From Reclinomonas americana ATCC 50394 (Eukaryota), in contig PS015010.1 of assembly GCA_048213135.1 (NCBI GenBank), forward strand, positions 372,001 through 436,000: a DNA stretch of 64,000 bases, given 5' to 3'. Positions 51,956-59,994 of this stretch are shown in pieces. A program made the position numbers and the translations under genes. The notes beneath the pieces are model-generated. The model ran no database searches and was not told where the DNA came from. It was given only the letters and a program-made list of their open reading frames with translations. Each line of letters opens with the position of its first letter. The first letter of the stretch is position 1.

Positions 51956-52874
51956 TCAGTACCGCAACGTACCCTGCGGCAATGATCTGTTACCCTGCAG
52001 CCCGCCGGTATGCAGACATATAATATGACTCCCTTCGGGATATTTTCTTTGCCGGGTATCCTCAAAAACCCCGTACAGCATTTTGGCGGTGTACACAAAA
52101 TCAAGCGGTAACCGGAACTCCTCCCAGCAGGCATTCATAAAAGAAATGAGTTCAGGCGTATGCCGGGCATAACCGCCAAAATGATAGTCACCGGCTATCT
52201 CCATTTTTTTTTAGGAGAGTGTCATCACCGGCCAGGTAATGTATACGCTGCGGCAGATCACTCATGCCTTTGAGTACTTCATAGGCATGTACCCTTACCT
52301 GTTCAGCGCAGCCCATCAGCAGCCCGGCCAACGTGGTAGCTGTACCTGTCGCTGTTGCCACATGAGAATACATATGCGGATCAATGAGTTCGCAAATAAG
52401 CTGTGCTCCTTTTGCACCCAGCGGGTGATAGCCGCCTTCCGGGATAATGATGCCTTCTCCGTACCGCTTACTGAGTAATGATTCCATGCCCGGCGATTGC
52501 AGGTGCCGGTATTCATCGCGGGTAACAAATTCCAGTTGCATACCATAAGCCAGGCAATGCTGAAGAGTAGGCGACAATACCTTTGGCTCCTCGCCGCGAA
52601 CAATGCCTGTGCTTTTCTTGTTCAGTAGATGTGCGGCACAGGCAGTGGCCACGAGATGATTGGAATAGGCACCGCCGAAAGTGAGCAGGCAGGAAGAGGA
52701 GCGTGCCGCTTCTTCCTGCAGGAAATAATGCAGTTTGAATAATTTATTTCCGGAAACAACGGGGTGCAGCAGATCGAGGCGAAGTACCGATACCTGTACG
52801 CCATAATGGTCCATCCATGGGCTCTGCAATGGCTGGATAAGACAGGCGGAAGTATCGAAAAGCGTTTTGGTCAT
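51956..52874 (-). pseudogene. ACC deaminase / D-cysteine desulfhydrase family PLP enzyme, frameshifted
   Basis: N-part has SGNKLFKL, FGGAYSNH and IPEGG; C-part in another frame has YHFGGYA, LDFVYTAK and HTGGLQG. The break is at T9 (52204-52212). Confidence 0.85.
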
Positions 52875-52939
52875 ACAGGCCCGATTGTATTATTTTCGTG
52901 GAACAAAATTCAGGTATTCATTTTAATTGACGATATAAT

Positions 52940-53839
52940 ATGCAACCAACACTTTTGATACTGGCAGCAGGCATGGCCAGCCGTTATGGCAGTATGAAGC
53001 AGACAGAGGGATTTGGTCCTGCCGGTGAGACCATTATGGATTATTCTATTTATGATGCTATACGTGCGGGATTTGGTAAAGTGGTGTTCATCATCCGCCG
53101 CGATTTTGCGGATAGCTTTAAAGCCAGCTTTGAACCCAAACTCCAGGGAAAGATAGCTACCGATTATGTATACCAGGAAATGGACGCTTTTTTGGGCTAT
53201 GCGCAATTACCCGAGGGCAGAACCAAACCCTGGGGTACCGCTCATGCCGTGCTTTGTGCAAAGAATGCGGTGCAGGAGCCTTTCGCGGTGATCAATGCCG
53301 ATGATTTTTATGGCAAGGATGCATTTGAGCAGGCCGCCGCTTTCCTGAAGAACGGCTGCAGAGAAGATCAGTATGCGCTTATCGGTTACCAGCTGGCCAG
53401 AACGCTTAGCGAACATGGTACCGTAAGCCGTGGTGTTTGCGAGGTCAATGCAGCGCAGAACCTGGTGAGCATCAAAGAAAGAACGAAGATATACCGCGAC
53501 GGCAACCGCATTATTTTTGAAGATGAGCAGGGTATTCATGAAGTACCTTTTGACTCACCAGTATCCATGAATTTCTGGTGTTTCCACCCGTCGGTATTCC
53601 CGCATGCGGAAAAGTTATTCGCCGAATTCCTGGCGGCCAATGCCGAAAATCCAAAATCAGAATTTTTCATTCCCATACTGGCGGAAGATTTTATGTATAA
53701 CCGCGGCGGGCATATTAAAGTAATACCTACCGCATCGCAGTGGTTTGGGGTTACTTATAAAGAAGATGCGCCGATGGTAAAGGCCAGTGTGGATGCCCTG
53801 GTAGACAGTGGGCAATACCCCGCCTCACTCTGGGCCTGA
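52940..53839 (+). CDS. Sugar-phosphate nucleotidyltransferase
   Basis: ILAAGMASRYG, KPWGTAHA and INADDFYG. Confidence 0.9.
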   Translation: MQPTLLILAAGMASRYGSMKQTEGFGPAGETIMDYSIYDAIRAGFGKVVFIIRRDFADSFKASFEPKLQGKIATDYVYQEMDAFLGYAQLPEGRTKPWGTAHAVLCAKNAVQEPFAVINADDFYGKDAFEQAAAFLKNGCREDQYALIGYQLARTLSEHGTVSRGVCEVNAAQNLVSIKERTKIYRDGNRIIFEDEQGIHEVPFDSPVSMNFWCFHPSVFPHAEKLFAEFLAANAENPKSEFFIPILAEDFMYNRGGHIKVIPTASQWFGVTYKEDAPMVKASVDALVDSGQYPASLWA

Positions 53840-53884
53840 TCGTTGTTTTATAAACAACCGGCAAAGAACGATACCCATGCTATT

Positions 53885-53915
53885 AAAAAAGAAAGGCTCC
53901 GTAATGGGAGCCTTT
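53885..53915. terminator. Terminator between convergent genes
   Basis: AAAGGCTCC-gtaatg-GGAGCCTTT with an A run on the left. Confidence 0.75.
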
Positions 53916-53938
53916 AATATTTTCGGGTGTTCAGGTTT

Positions 53939-55036
53939 TTAGTTACCCAGTACCATAAACACGTAATCTTCCAGTTTCTTCACCTGCTGTGTACGTTCCA
54001 TTCCTTTGAGTGCGGAACTGGAAGGAATTTTGATATGAGCAGAAGCGGTATCTGATTTTTTCAGTTCATCTACCAGCTTGAAGATGTTCTTCGATTTGGC
54101 GGCATAAACAACGCCGTCGGCTGTAAGGTTTTTAGAAGTGATGATGCCGATCACTTCACCGTTCCTGTTCAGCACGGGGCCGCCACTGTTACCGGGGTTG
54201 GCCGAAACGGAGAGCTGGTAAGCGGTGGAGTCACCGTCGTTGCCCGATTTGGCGCTGAGGTAACCTTCACCGTATACGATCTCGCTGCGGGGATAGCCCA
54301 GTGTAAAAATAGCTTCACCAAGATCGGACGTGCTCTTCCGGATGCTGTAAGGCAATGAAGAGATGGTTTTAAAAGCGGTATCCGTGATTTTTAAGATCGC
54401 CAGGTCGGCAGCAGGATCGGTATGCACGGCTACAGCAGAATAGATGCCTTTATTGCTTTGTACATAGATGTTCCTCATGCGGTTCACCACGTGGGCATTG
54501 GTAACAATATAACCGTTGCCATCAACGAGGAAACCGGTAGCCCGGAATTCAGCAGCCGGGATGGGCTTGGCCGATGGAGTGTTGTGGGCACCATCCAGGA
54601 TCTTATCAACCTTGGTATTCGTCTTTTTGATTTCGCCGATCAGTTCAGTGATGTTGTTATTGCCTACTTTATTATTGTAGCTAACAACAAGCGCTGTTGT
54701 AAATAAAGAAACCAGGCCCGCGATGCTGGCGGCCACGGCGATGTTGCGTTTGTATTTTTTCCAGAGGTAAACAACTTTGGCTTTGCCGCTGAGCTGGGGC
54801 CTGCTGATGAGCCCTTCTTCGGCCAGCTTGTTTTCCACCTCGTAGAGTGAATGTTTGAAAGCTTTGATACCCGCATGACGATCCAGCTCGTTGTAGAGAA
54901 AACTATGCTCTACCACCAGTTGGTCCATTTCGGGATTATTTTTCCGCAGGTCTTCAAAAAAGGCTTTTTCCTGGGGTGTCATCTCGCCCTTCAGGTACCT
55001 TTCCACCGCTTCCATGAGTAAAATCTCGTCCATCAT
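53939..55036 (-). CDS. Anti-sigma-like N-terminus + TM + trypsin-like (S1) serine protease, no PDZ
   Basis: ERYLKGEMTPQEKAFFE N-domain; TM IAVAASIAGLVSLF; triad TNAH / DLAI / GNSGGP. Confidence 0.85.
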   Translation of the reverse strand: MMDEILLMEAVERYLKGEMTPQEKAFFEDLRKNNPEMDQLVVEHSFLYNELDRHAGIKAFKHSLYEVENKLAEEGLISRPQLSGKAKVVYLWKKYKRNIAVAASIAGLVSLFTTALVVSYNNKVGNNNITELIGEIKKTNTKVDKILDGAHNTPSAKPIPAAEFRATGFLVDGNGYIVTNAHVVNRMRNIYVQSNKGIYSAVAVHTDPAADLAILKITDTAFKTISSLPYSIRKSTSDLGEAIFTLGYPRSEIVYGEGYLSAKSGNDGDSTAYQLSVSANPGNSGGPVLNRNGEVIGIITSKNLTADGVVYAAKSKNIFKLVDELKKSDTASAHIKIPSSSALKGMERTQQVKKLEDYVFMVLGN

Positions 55037-55599
55037 GATCCGTTTTTATATTGAGCAAAAAACAGTTTTTTCAGTCGCATCAGGCACTTGTACTTCTGTG
55101 TTTTTGCATTGTCTGCATTGGTATATCCAAAATCTGCCGCTATTTCCTGCATATTCTTGTGCTGGATATAGTAGGCGTCGAGCAGGCTTTTACAGGGTTC
55201 CCCGATCTTGGCCATGGCGCTTTCCATAAGCAGGAAATCGTTGTTCTTTTTTTCGTGCATCTCCATCTCTTCTTCCACGGGAACGGTATCTTCCAGCATT
55301 TCTACCTGGCCAGCGTAGCGGTTCATTTGCTGTAATCGCTTGAGCCACAGTCTTCTGCAAACAGAAAACAAGTAAGTTCTTAACTGGCTGTGCAGTTCAA
55401 AACTGCCCGAAACCGCCTTTTCATACAGCACGATCATCGCCTCCTGGAAAAGATCTCTCGCCTCATCGGCATTACCACTGTTATTCAGCACAAATGCCTG
55501 AATAACAGCATAGTTGTCCCGGTATATCGTTTCAATAGCCTGCCTGTCATTCAGCGCCAGCCCTTCCAGTAACAATTTTTCCTGTTCTAAGTTGCTCAC
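55033..55599 (-). CDS. ECF sigma-70 factor
   Basis: 188 aa; DLFQEAMIVLY, TYLFSVCRRLW region 2; EIAADFGY...KTQKYKC region 4. Confidence 0.92.
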   Translation of the reverse strand: MSNLEQEKLLLEGLALNDRQAIETIYRDNYAVIQAFVLNNSGNADEARDLFQEAMIVLYEKAVSGSFELHSQLRTYLFSVCRRLWLKRLQQMNRYAGQVEMLEDTVPVEEEMEMHEKKNNDFLLMESAMAKIGEPCKSLLDAYYIQHKNMQEIAADFGYTNADNAKTQKYKCLMRLKKLFFAQYKNGS

Positions 55600-55609
55600 C
55601 CGGTATTAT

Positions 55610-55698
55610 TAATACGATTAATGTTGATTTGTAACCCAAAACAACGAAAAAAAAATAATTTTAAAAAGTTGGGTTACCTTTTCTCAAATGCGGTATAA
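55610..55698. promoter_or_regulatory. Back-to-back promoters TTGGGTTAC-N15-GTAT(T/A)A
   Basis: Minus strand 55639-55610 points at the sigma gene; plus strand 55669-55698 points at the small lipoprotein. Confidence 0.7.
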
Positions 55699-55737
55699 AT
55701 GTCAAATTATAATTTTAAAAATTAAACAAAACACAAA

Positions 55738-55935
55738 ATGAAAAAAGTAATCTTAGCTCTGGCAGTTGTATCTGTATCTTTTGCAGCTTGCAACAGCGGC
55801 GACAAAAAAACTGAAACTCCTGCAACTGATTCTCCTAAAGTAGAAACTCCTGCTGTTCCAGTTGATACCGCTACTAAAGCTCCAGCTGACACTGCTGCTA
55901 AAGCCCCAGTTGCTGACACTGCCGCTAAAAAATAA
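55738..55935 (+). CDS. Small lipoprotein (65 aa)
   Basis: Lipobox FAAC; A/P/T/K-rich mature part with three DTA motifs; strongly T/A-ending codons. Confidence 0.85.
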   Translation: MKKVILALAVVSVSFAACNSGDKKTETPATDSPKVETPAVPVDTATKAPADTAAKAPVADTAAKK

Positions 55936-56019
55936 TTTTTTTATAGCAACATAACCGGTCCCGTTGCTTGTCGTTAACCGGTTAGCATGAAAGATTTTCA
56001 TATGGCAAGCAATCGTTGA

Positions 56020-56052
56020 AGCCCCGCTTACTCCTAAGCGGGGCATTTTTTT
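56020..56052 (+). terminator. Intrinsic terminator after the small lipoprotein
   Basis: GCCCCGCTTA-ctcc-TAAGCGGGGC followed by ATTTTTTT. Confidence 0.85.
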
Positions 56053-56154
56053 GGGGAAGTCTGAATTCAAAAGTGAAAATTCAAAATGGTGTCCGGGGCC
56101 GCAGCGTTCTTCGTTATTACCAGTCTTCCTATATTCCTGATCTGAACTGGGATT

Positions 56155-56246
56155 TGCATATCCACACATCCACAAATCTGCACATCCACCCATCCGCACA
56201 TCAGCATATTCGCACATCCACTCATTCACACACCCGCACATCCACA
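56155..56246. repeat. Degenerate octamer tandem array (consensus (G/A)CACATCC, ~11 units; family D)
   Basis: gcatatcc acacatcc acaaatct gcacatcc acccatcc gcacatca gcatattc gcacatcc actcattc acacaccc gcacatcc. Confidence 0.85.
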
Positions 56247-56254
56247 TAAAACTT

Positions 56255-56285
56255 TTTGTTTTTTCAAACGGGTTACCTACTTTTG
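56255..56285 (+). promoter_or_regulatory. Bacteroidota housekeeping promoter TTTG-N19-TACTTTTG
   Basis: Matches the -33/-7 consensus; the leader ATG lies 5 bp downstream. Confidence 0.7.
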
Positions 56286-56290
56286 TTTCA

Positions 56291-56371
56291 ATGACGACCA
56301 AAAACACCAATACCTGGTTTTATTTTTACTACTATTTTACCAATAGGCCGGGTACCTGTGTTATCAACTGA
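56291..56371 (+). CDS. Attenuator leader peptide MTTKNTNTWFYFYYYFTNRPGTCVIN
   Basis: 26 codons with 8 consecutive aromatic codons, directly upstream of the aromatic biosynthesis operon. Confidence 0.9.
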   Translation: MTTKNTNTWFYFYYYFTNRPGTCVIN

Positions 56372-56394
56372 AATATCAACTAAATAACATACTG

Positions 56395-56428
56395 AAGTCC
56401 CGGCACCAATTGCCGGGACTTTTTTTTT
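56395..56428 (+). terminator. Attenuator terminator hairpin
   Basis: AAGTCCCGGCA-ccaat-TGCCGGGACTT plus T run, ending 4 bp before the pheA ATG. Confidence 0.9.
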
Positions 56429-56432
56429 GCAT

Positions 56433-57260
56433 ATGCATAAAAAGATCGCGATACAAGGCTTTGAAGGCTGCTTTCACCAGGAAGCTGCCCGGCAGTTCTA
56501 TGGTAAACAGGTAAACGCCGTATGCTGTGGCAGTTTCAGGGAACTGGTAAAGAAAGCGTCCCTGAAACAGGATACCGACGCGGCCGTGATGGCTATTGAG
56601 AACTCCATTGCCGGAAGCATATTGCCCAACTACGGGCTGTTACAAAAAAGTCAGCTCCGCATTGTGGGCGAAGTGTACCTGCAGATCAGGCAGCACCTCA
56701 TGGTTAACCCCGGTGTGCAACTGAATGACATCCGTGAAGTGCATTCACATCCCATGGCGCTGTTGCAATGCAGCGATTTCCTGGATAAGCATGGTTTCAA
56801 ACTTGTGGAAACGGAAGACACCGCCCTCAGCGCCCGCCATGTACAACAACACAGGAGCCGACATATTGCCGCTATTGCCGGGCGGCTCGCCGCTGAATTA
56901 TATGGACTGGATATCATCGCGCCGAACATCCACACACAAAAAAGCAATTACACCCGGTTCCTCGCCCTGGAAAGAATACAGGAAGCAAAGCCTGTTGAAG
57001 GAGCTAATAAAGCGTCGGTTAATTTTTTTGTAAGTCATACCCGTGGCAGCCTCGCTAAAGTACTTACGCGTATCGCTGATGCAGGCATCAACCTGAGCAA
57101 ACTGCAGAGTATGCCTATTCCGGGCACAGACTTCAGTTACTCCTTCCACGCCGACCTGGAATTTGAGGAAGAAAAACAATTACACGATACCATAAAAACG
57201 ATACAACCCCTGGTACAGGAACTGCTTGTGCTGGGCGTATACAAAAAAGGAAAACGATGA
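56433..57260 (+). CDS. pheA: Prephenate dehydratase
   Basis: IENSIAGS, SHPMALLQC, NYTRF and ACT domain INLSKLQSMP. Start ATG 56433. Confidence 0.95.
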   Translation: MHKKIAIQGFEGCFHQEAARQFYGKQVNAVCCGSFRELVKKASLKQDTDAAVMAIENSIAGSILPNYGLLQKSQLRIVGEVYLQIRQHLMVNPGVQLNDIREVHSHPMALLQCSDFLDKHGFKLVETEDTALSARHVQQHRSRHIAAIAGRLAAELYGLDIIAPNIHTQKSNYTRFLALERIQEAKPVEGANKASVNFFVSHTRGSLAKVLTRIADAGINLSKLQSMPIPGTDFSYSFHADLEFEEEKQLHDTIKTIQPLVQELLVLGVYKKGKR

Positions 57261-58426
57261 ATACGGCCAAACGACTGAACGGAACAGGGGAATACTATTT
57301 TTCGCAGAAACTGCGGGAGATCGACGCGTTGAATGCAGCCGGCAAACAGGTGATCAACCTGGGCATCGGCAGCCCCGACCTGCCACCGCATCCTGATGTG
57401 ATCGCCGCATTGCAGGAAACAGCTGCCCGTTCCGATGTACACGCCTACCAATCCTATAAAGGTTCACCGGTATTGCGTAAAGCATTTGCAGACTGGTACC
57501 GTCAGTGGTATGATGTGGAACTTAATCCTGATACAGAAATATTACCGCTCATCGGCAGTAAGGAAGGTATTATGCACATTTGTATGACCTACCTCGATGA
57601 AGGGGATGGCGTATGGATACCCAACCCGGGTTACCCGACCTATAAAAGTGCCGCTACACTTGCCGGTGGTGTTTGTTATGGTTATGATCTTTTGGAAGAG
57701 AACCAGTGGCAACCGGATCTGCAGCAGATGCAGCAACAGCTCGATGGCGGGCTGCCCATCAAACTGATGTTTGTGAACTACCCGCATATGCCGACAGGCA
57801 AACTGCCCGGCCGGGAAATATTTGAACAACTGGTGGCTTTTGCCGCGGCGAATAAGATTTTGCTTGTGCATGATAACCCTTACAGTTTTATCCTGAATGA
57901 TCAGCCAGTGAGCCTGCTGTCGGTAAACGGGGCAAAGGATCATGTAATAGAGCTGAACTCGCTCAGTAAAAGCCATAATCTTGCCGGGTGGCGGGTGGGC
58001 GTACTGTGCGGTGCGGCGGAGCGTATTAATGAGATATTGCGTTTCAAAAGCAATATGGACAGTGGTATGTTCCTGCCCGTGCAACTGGCTGCCGCGAAGG
58101 CATTGGCACTGGGTACAGACTGGTTTGAACAACTCAACCAGGTATACCGGGAACGTCGCGAAAAAGTATTTGAATTGCTGGAGACGGTTGGTTGTGTGCC
58201 GGGAAAAGAGCAGGCCGGTTTGTTTGTATGGGCAAAGATACCCGGAACTTACGCTGATGCCTATGCGCTGAGTGATGAGATATTGCAGAACGCTTCCGTA
58301 TTCCTTACCCCGGGTGGAATATTTGGAACTAACGGTAATGGATACATCAGGATCAGTCTTTGTGCAACTGTTGAAAAAATTGAAGAAGCCATCCGCCGGA
58401 TCAGGAATGCCGGCAATAAAAACTAA
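57257..58426 (+). CDS. Class I/II PLP aminotransferase (likely aromatic pathway)
   Basis: LGIGSPD, NYPHMPTG, HDNPY and SLSKSHNLAGWRVG. Confidence 0.9.
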   Translation: MNTAKRLNGTGEYYFSQKLREIDALNAAGKQVINLGIGSPDLPPHPDVIAALQETAARSDVHAYQSYKGSPVLRKAFADWYRQWYDVELNPDTEILPLIGSKEGIMHICMTYLDEGDGVWIPNPGYPTYKSAATLAGGVCYGYDLLEENQWQPDLQQMQQQLDGGLPIKLMFVNYPHMPTGKLPGREIFEQLVAFAAANKILLVHDNPYSFILNDQPVSLLSVNGAKDHVIELNSLSKSHNLAGWRVGVLCGAAERINEILRFKSNMDSGMFLPVQLAAAKALALGTDWFEQLNQVYRERREKVFELLETVGCVPGKEQAGLFVWAKIPGTYADAYALSDEILQNASVFLTPGGIFGTNGNGYIRISLCATVEKIEEAIRRIRNAGNKN

Positions 58427-58431
58427 AGGAT

Positions 58432-59271
58432 ATGCAGGTAACAATAATAGGTATCGGTTTAATTGGCGGGTCTATGGCCCTGGCATTGAAGGAAAAGGGC
58501 ATTGCCACTCATATTACGGGTGTGGATGAAAACCCGGTTCACCGCCAGCGGGCGATGGAACTGGGCCTGGTAGATGAAGTGGCTGTGCCGGAAGTAGCAG
58601 TGCCCCGCGCCGACCTGGTCATACTGGCCGTACCCGTGAACGCCGCTGAAAAACTGGTCTTACCCATGCTGGACCTTGTTGAAAGACAGGTGCTGATGGA
58701 TGTAGGTTCAACCAAACAGCAGTTATGCTCTTTACTGGCCGGTCATCCCAAGAGGGGAAGGTTTGTAGCCACGCACCCCATGTGGGGTACAGAGCACAGC
58801 GGCCCGGATGCAGCGGTAACCGGGGCTTTCAGGAATAAGGCTGCCGTAATTTGTAATCGTCAGGATAGTGATGCGCAGGCTGTAGAGATGGTGGAAGAGT
58901 TGTACCGGAAACTGGGGATGCATATTCTTCATATGGATGCCGCGTCGCATGATCTGCATGCAGCTTATGTAAGTCATATTTCACATATCACTTCGTTTGC
59001 CCTGGCGAATACCGTACTGGAAAAGGAAAAAGAAGAGGACACCATTTTTGAACTGGCCAGTGGTGGTTTTGAGAGTACCGTGAGGCTGGCAAAAAGTAAC
59101 CCGGCCATGTGGGTGCCGATATTTATGCAGAACCGGGAGAATGTACTGGATGTGCTGAATGAACATATTTCGCAGCTGAAAAAGATCAGGAGCTGCCTCG
59201 AAAAAGAAAACTATGATTACCTGCAGGACCTGATCATGCAGGCCAACCAGATCAAAAGAATATTAAAATGA
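58432..59271 (+). CDS. tyrA: Prephenate dehydrogenase
   Basis: GIGLIGGS, DVGSTK, HPMWGTE, HD...SH and RLAKS.P.MW. Confidence 0.95.
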   Translation: MQVTIIGIGLIGGSMALALKEKGIATHITGVDENPVHRQRAMELGLVDEVAVPEVAVPRADLVILAVPVNAAEKLVLPMLDLVERQVLMDVGSTKQQLCSLLAGHPKRGRFVATHPMWGTEHSGPDAAVTGAFRNKAAVICNRQDSDAQAVEMVEELYRKLGMHILHMDAASHDLHAAYVSHISHITSFALANTVLEKEKEEDTIFELASGGFESTVRLAKSNPAMWVPIFMQNRENVLDVLNEHISQLKKIRSCLEKENYDYLQDLIMQANQIKRILK

Positions 59272-59723
59272 GTGAAAATGTAATATACAGGCAGGCTGTA
59301 TCAGCCGATATCCCCCAGATACAGGTGGTCCGGCATTCCGTTAAAGAGAACCAGTTGTCGGACCCGTCGCTGGTACCCGACAGCGATGTGGAGGATTATA
59401 TCAACCGCCGCGGCCGGGGCTGGGTAGGTGAAGTTGATGGAAGGATCGTTGGGTTTTCGATTGCCGACCTGGTCGATCATAATGTGTGGGCTTTATTTCT
59501 TCATCCTGATTTTGAGGCCCGGGGTATTGGCAAGGAGTTGCACCGGCTTATGATGGACTGGTATTTCGGGCAGACGAAGGATACGATCTGGCTGGGTACG
59601 GCCCCTGCCAGCCGTGCTGAAACCTTTTACCGGATGCAGGGTTGGAAAGAGGTGGGAAAGCATGGGGACGAAGTGAAGTTTGAGATGGCGTATGAGGATT
59701 GGAATAAGGTTGACATCTCCTGA
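59268..59723 (+). CDS. GNAT family N-acetyltransferase
   Basis: LFLHPDFEARGIGKEL and AETFYRMQGW. Confidence 0.9.
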   Translation: MSENVIYRQAVSADIPQIQVVRHSVKENQLSDPSLVPDSDVEDYINRRGRGWVGEVDGRIVGFSIADLVDHNVWALFLHPDFEARGIGKELHRLMMDWYFGQTKDTIWLGTAPASRAETFYRMQGWKEVGKHGDEVKFEMAYEDWNKVDIS

Positions 59724-59907
59724 ATAACGAGATGTCAACCGGAAATAGCCGGAAATAAAAAGGCGATTTTGCTTAAGTGATTAATTATCAATAGGTTGGA
59801 TTTTTGAGGAGGTAAAAATTGCTCTATTATTAGACCGAGATGTCAACCGAATCAGGAGATGTCAACCTAAATCAGGAGATGTCAACCTGAATTAAGAGAT
59901 GTCATCC
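59707..59907. repeat. GAGATGTCAACC repeat cluster (1 inverted + 5 direct copies)
   Basis: Inverted at 59708-59719; direct at 59729, 59837, 59856, 59876 and 59896 (last has 1 mismatch). Confidence 0.9.
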
Positions 59908-59994
59908 TGCCCATCAATGCACAAACGTACAAGTGAGTGACACAACCGCTGCTGAATAAAGAACGGCAGTTGGTAACATAAAAATTAATTTTAC

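Noticed and set aside
55631-55677. GTAACCCAA/TTGGGTTAC inverted repeat as an invertible promoter
   Set aside because: Only 29 bp lie between the arms and no recombinase is nearby; each arm has its own correctly spaced GTAT box, so divergent promoters explain it better.
56270-56276. Third GGGTTAC as an ECF promoter for the aro operon
   Set aside because: No GTAT at the 15-bp spacing; it lies in the spacer of a good housekeeping promoter.
55753-56310. 185-aa minus ORF and 77-aa His-rich plus ORF
   Set aside because: They are translations of the octamer repeat and cross a terminator and the lipoprotein gene.
59837-59907. Regularly spaced direct repeats as a CRISPR array
   Set aside because: Repeats are 12 bp with 7-8-bp similar spacers, far below CRISPR dimensions, and there are no cas genes.
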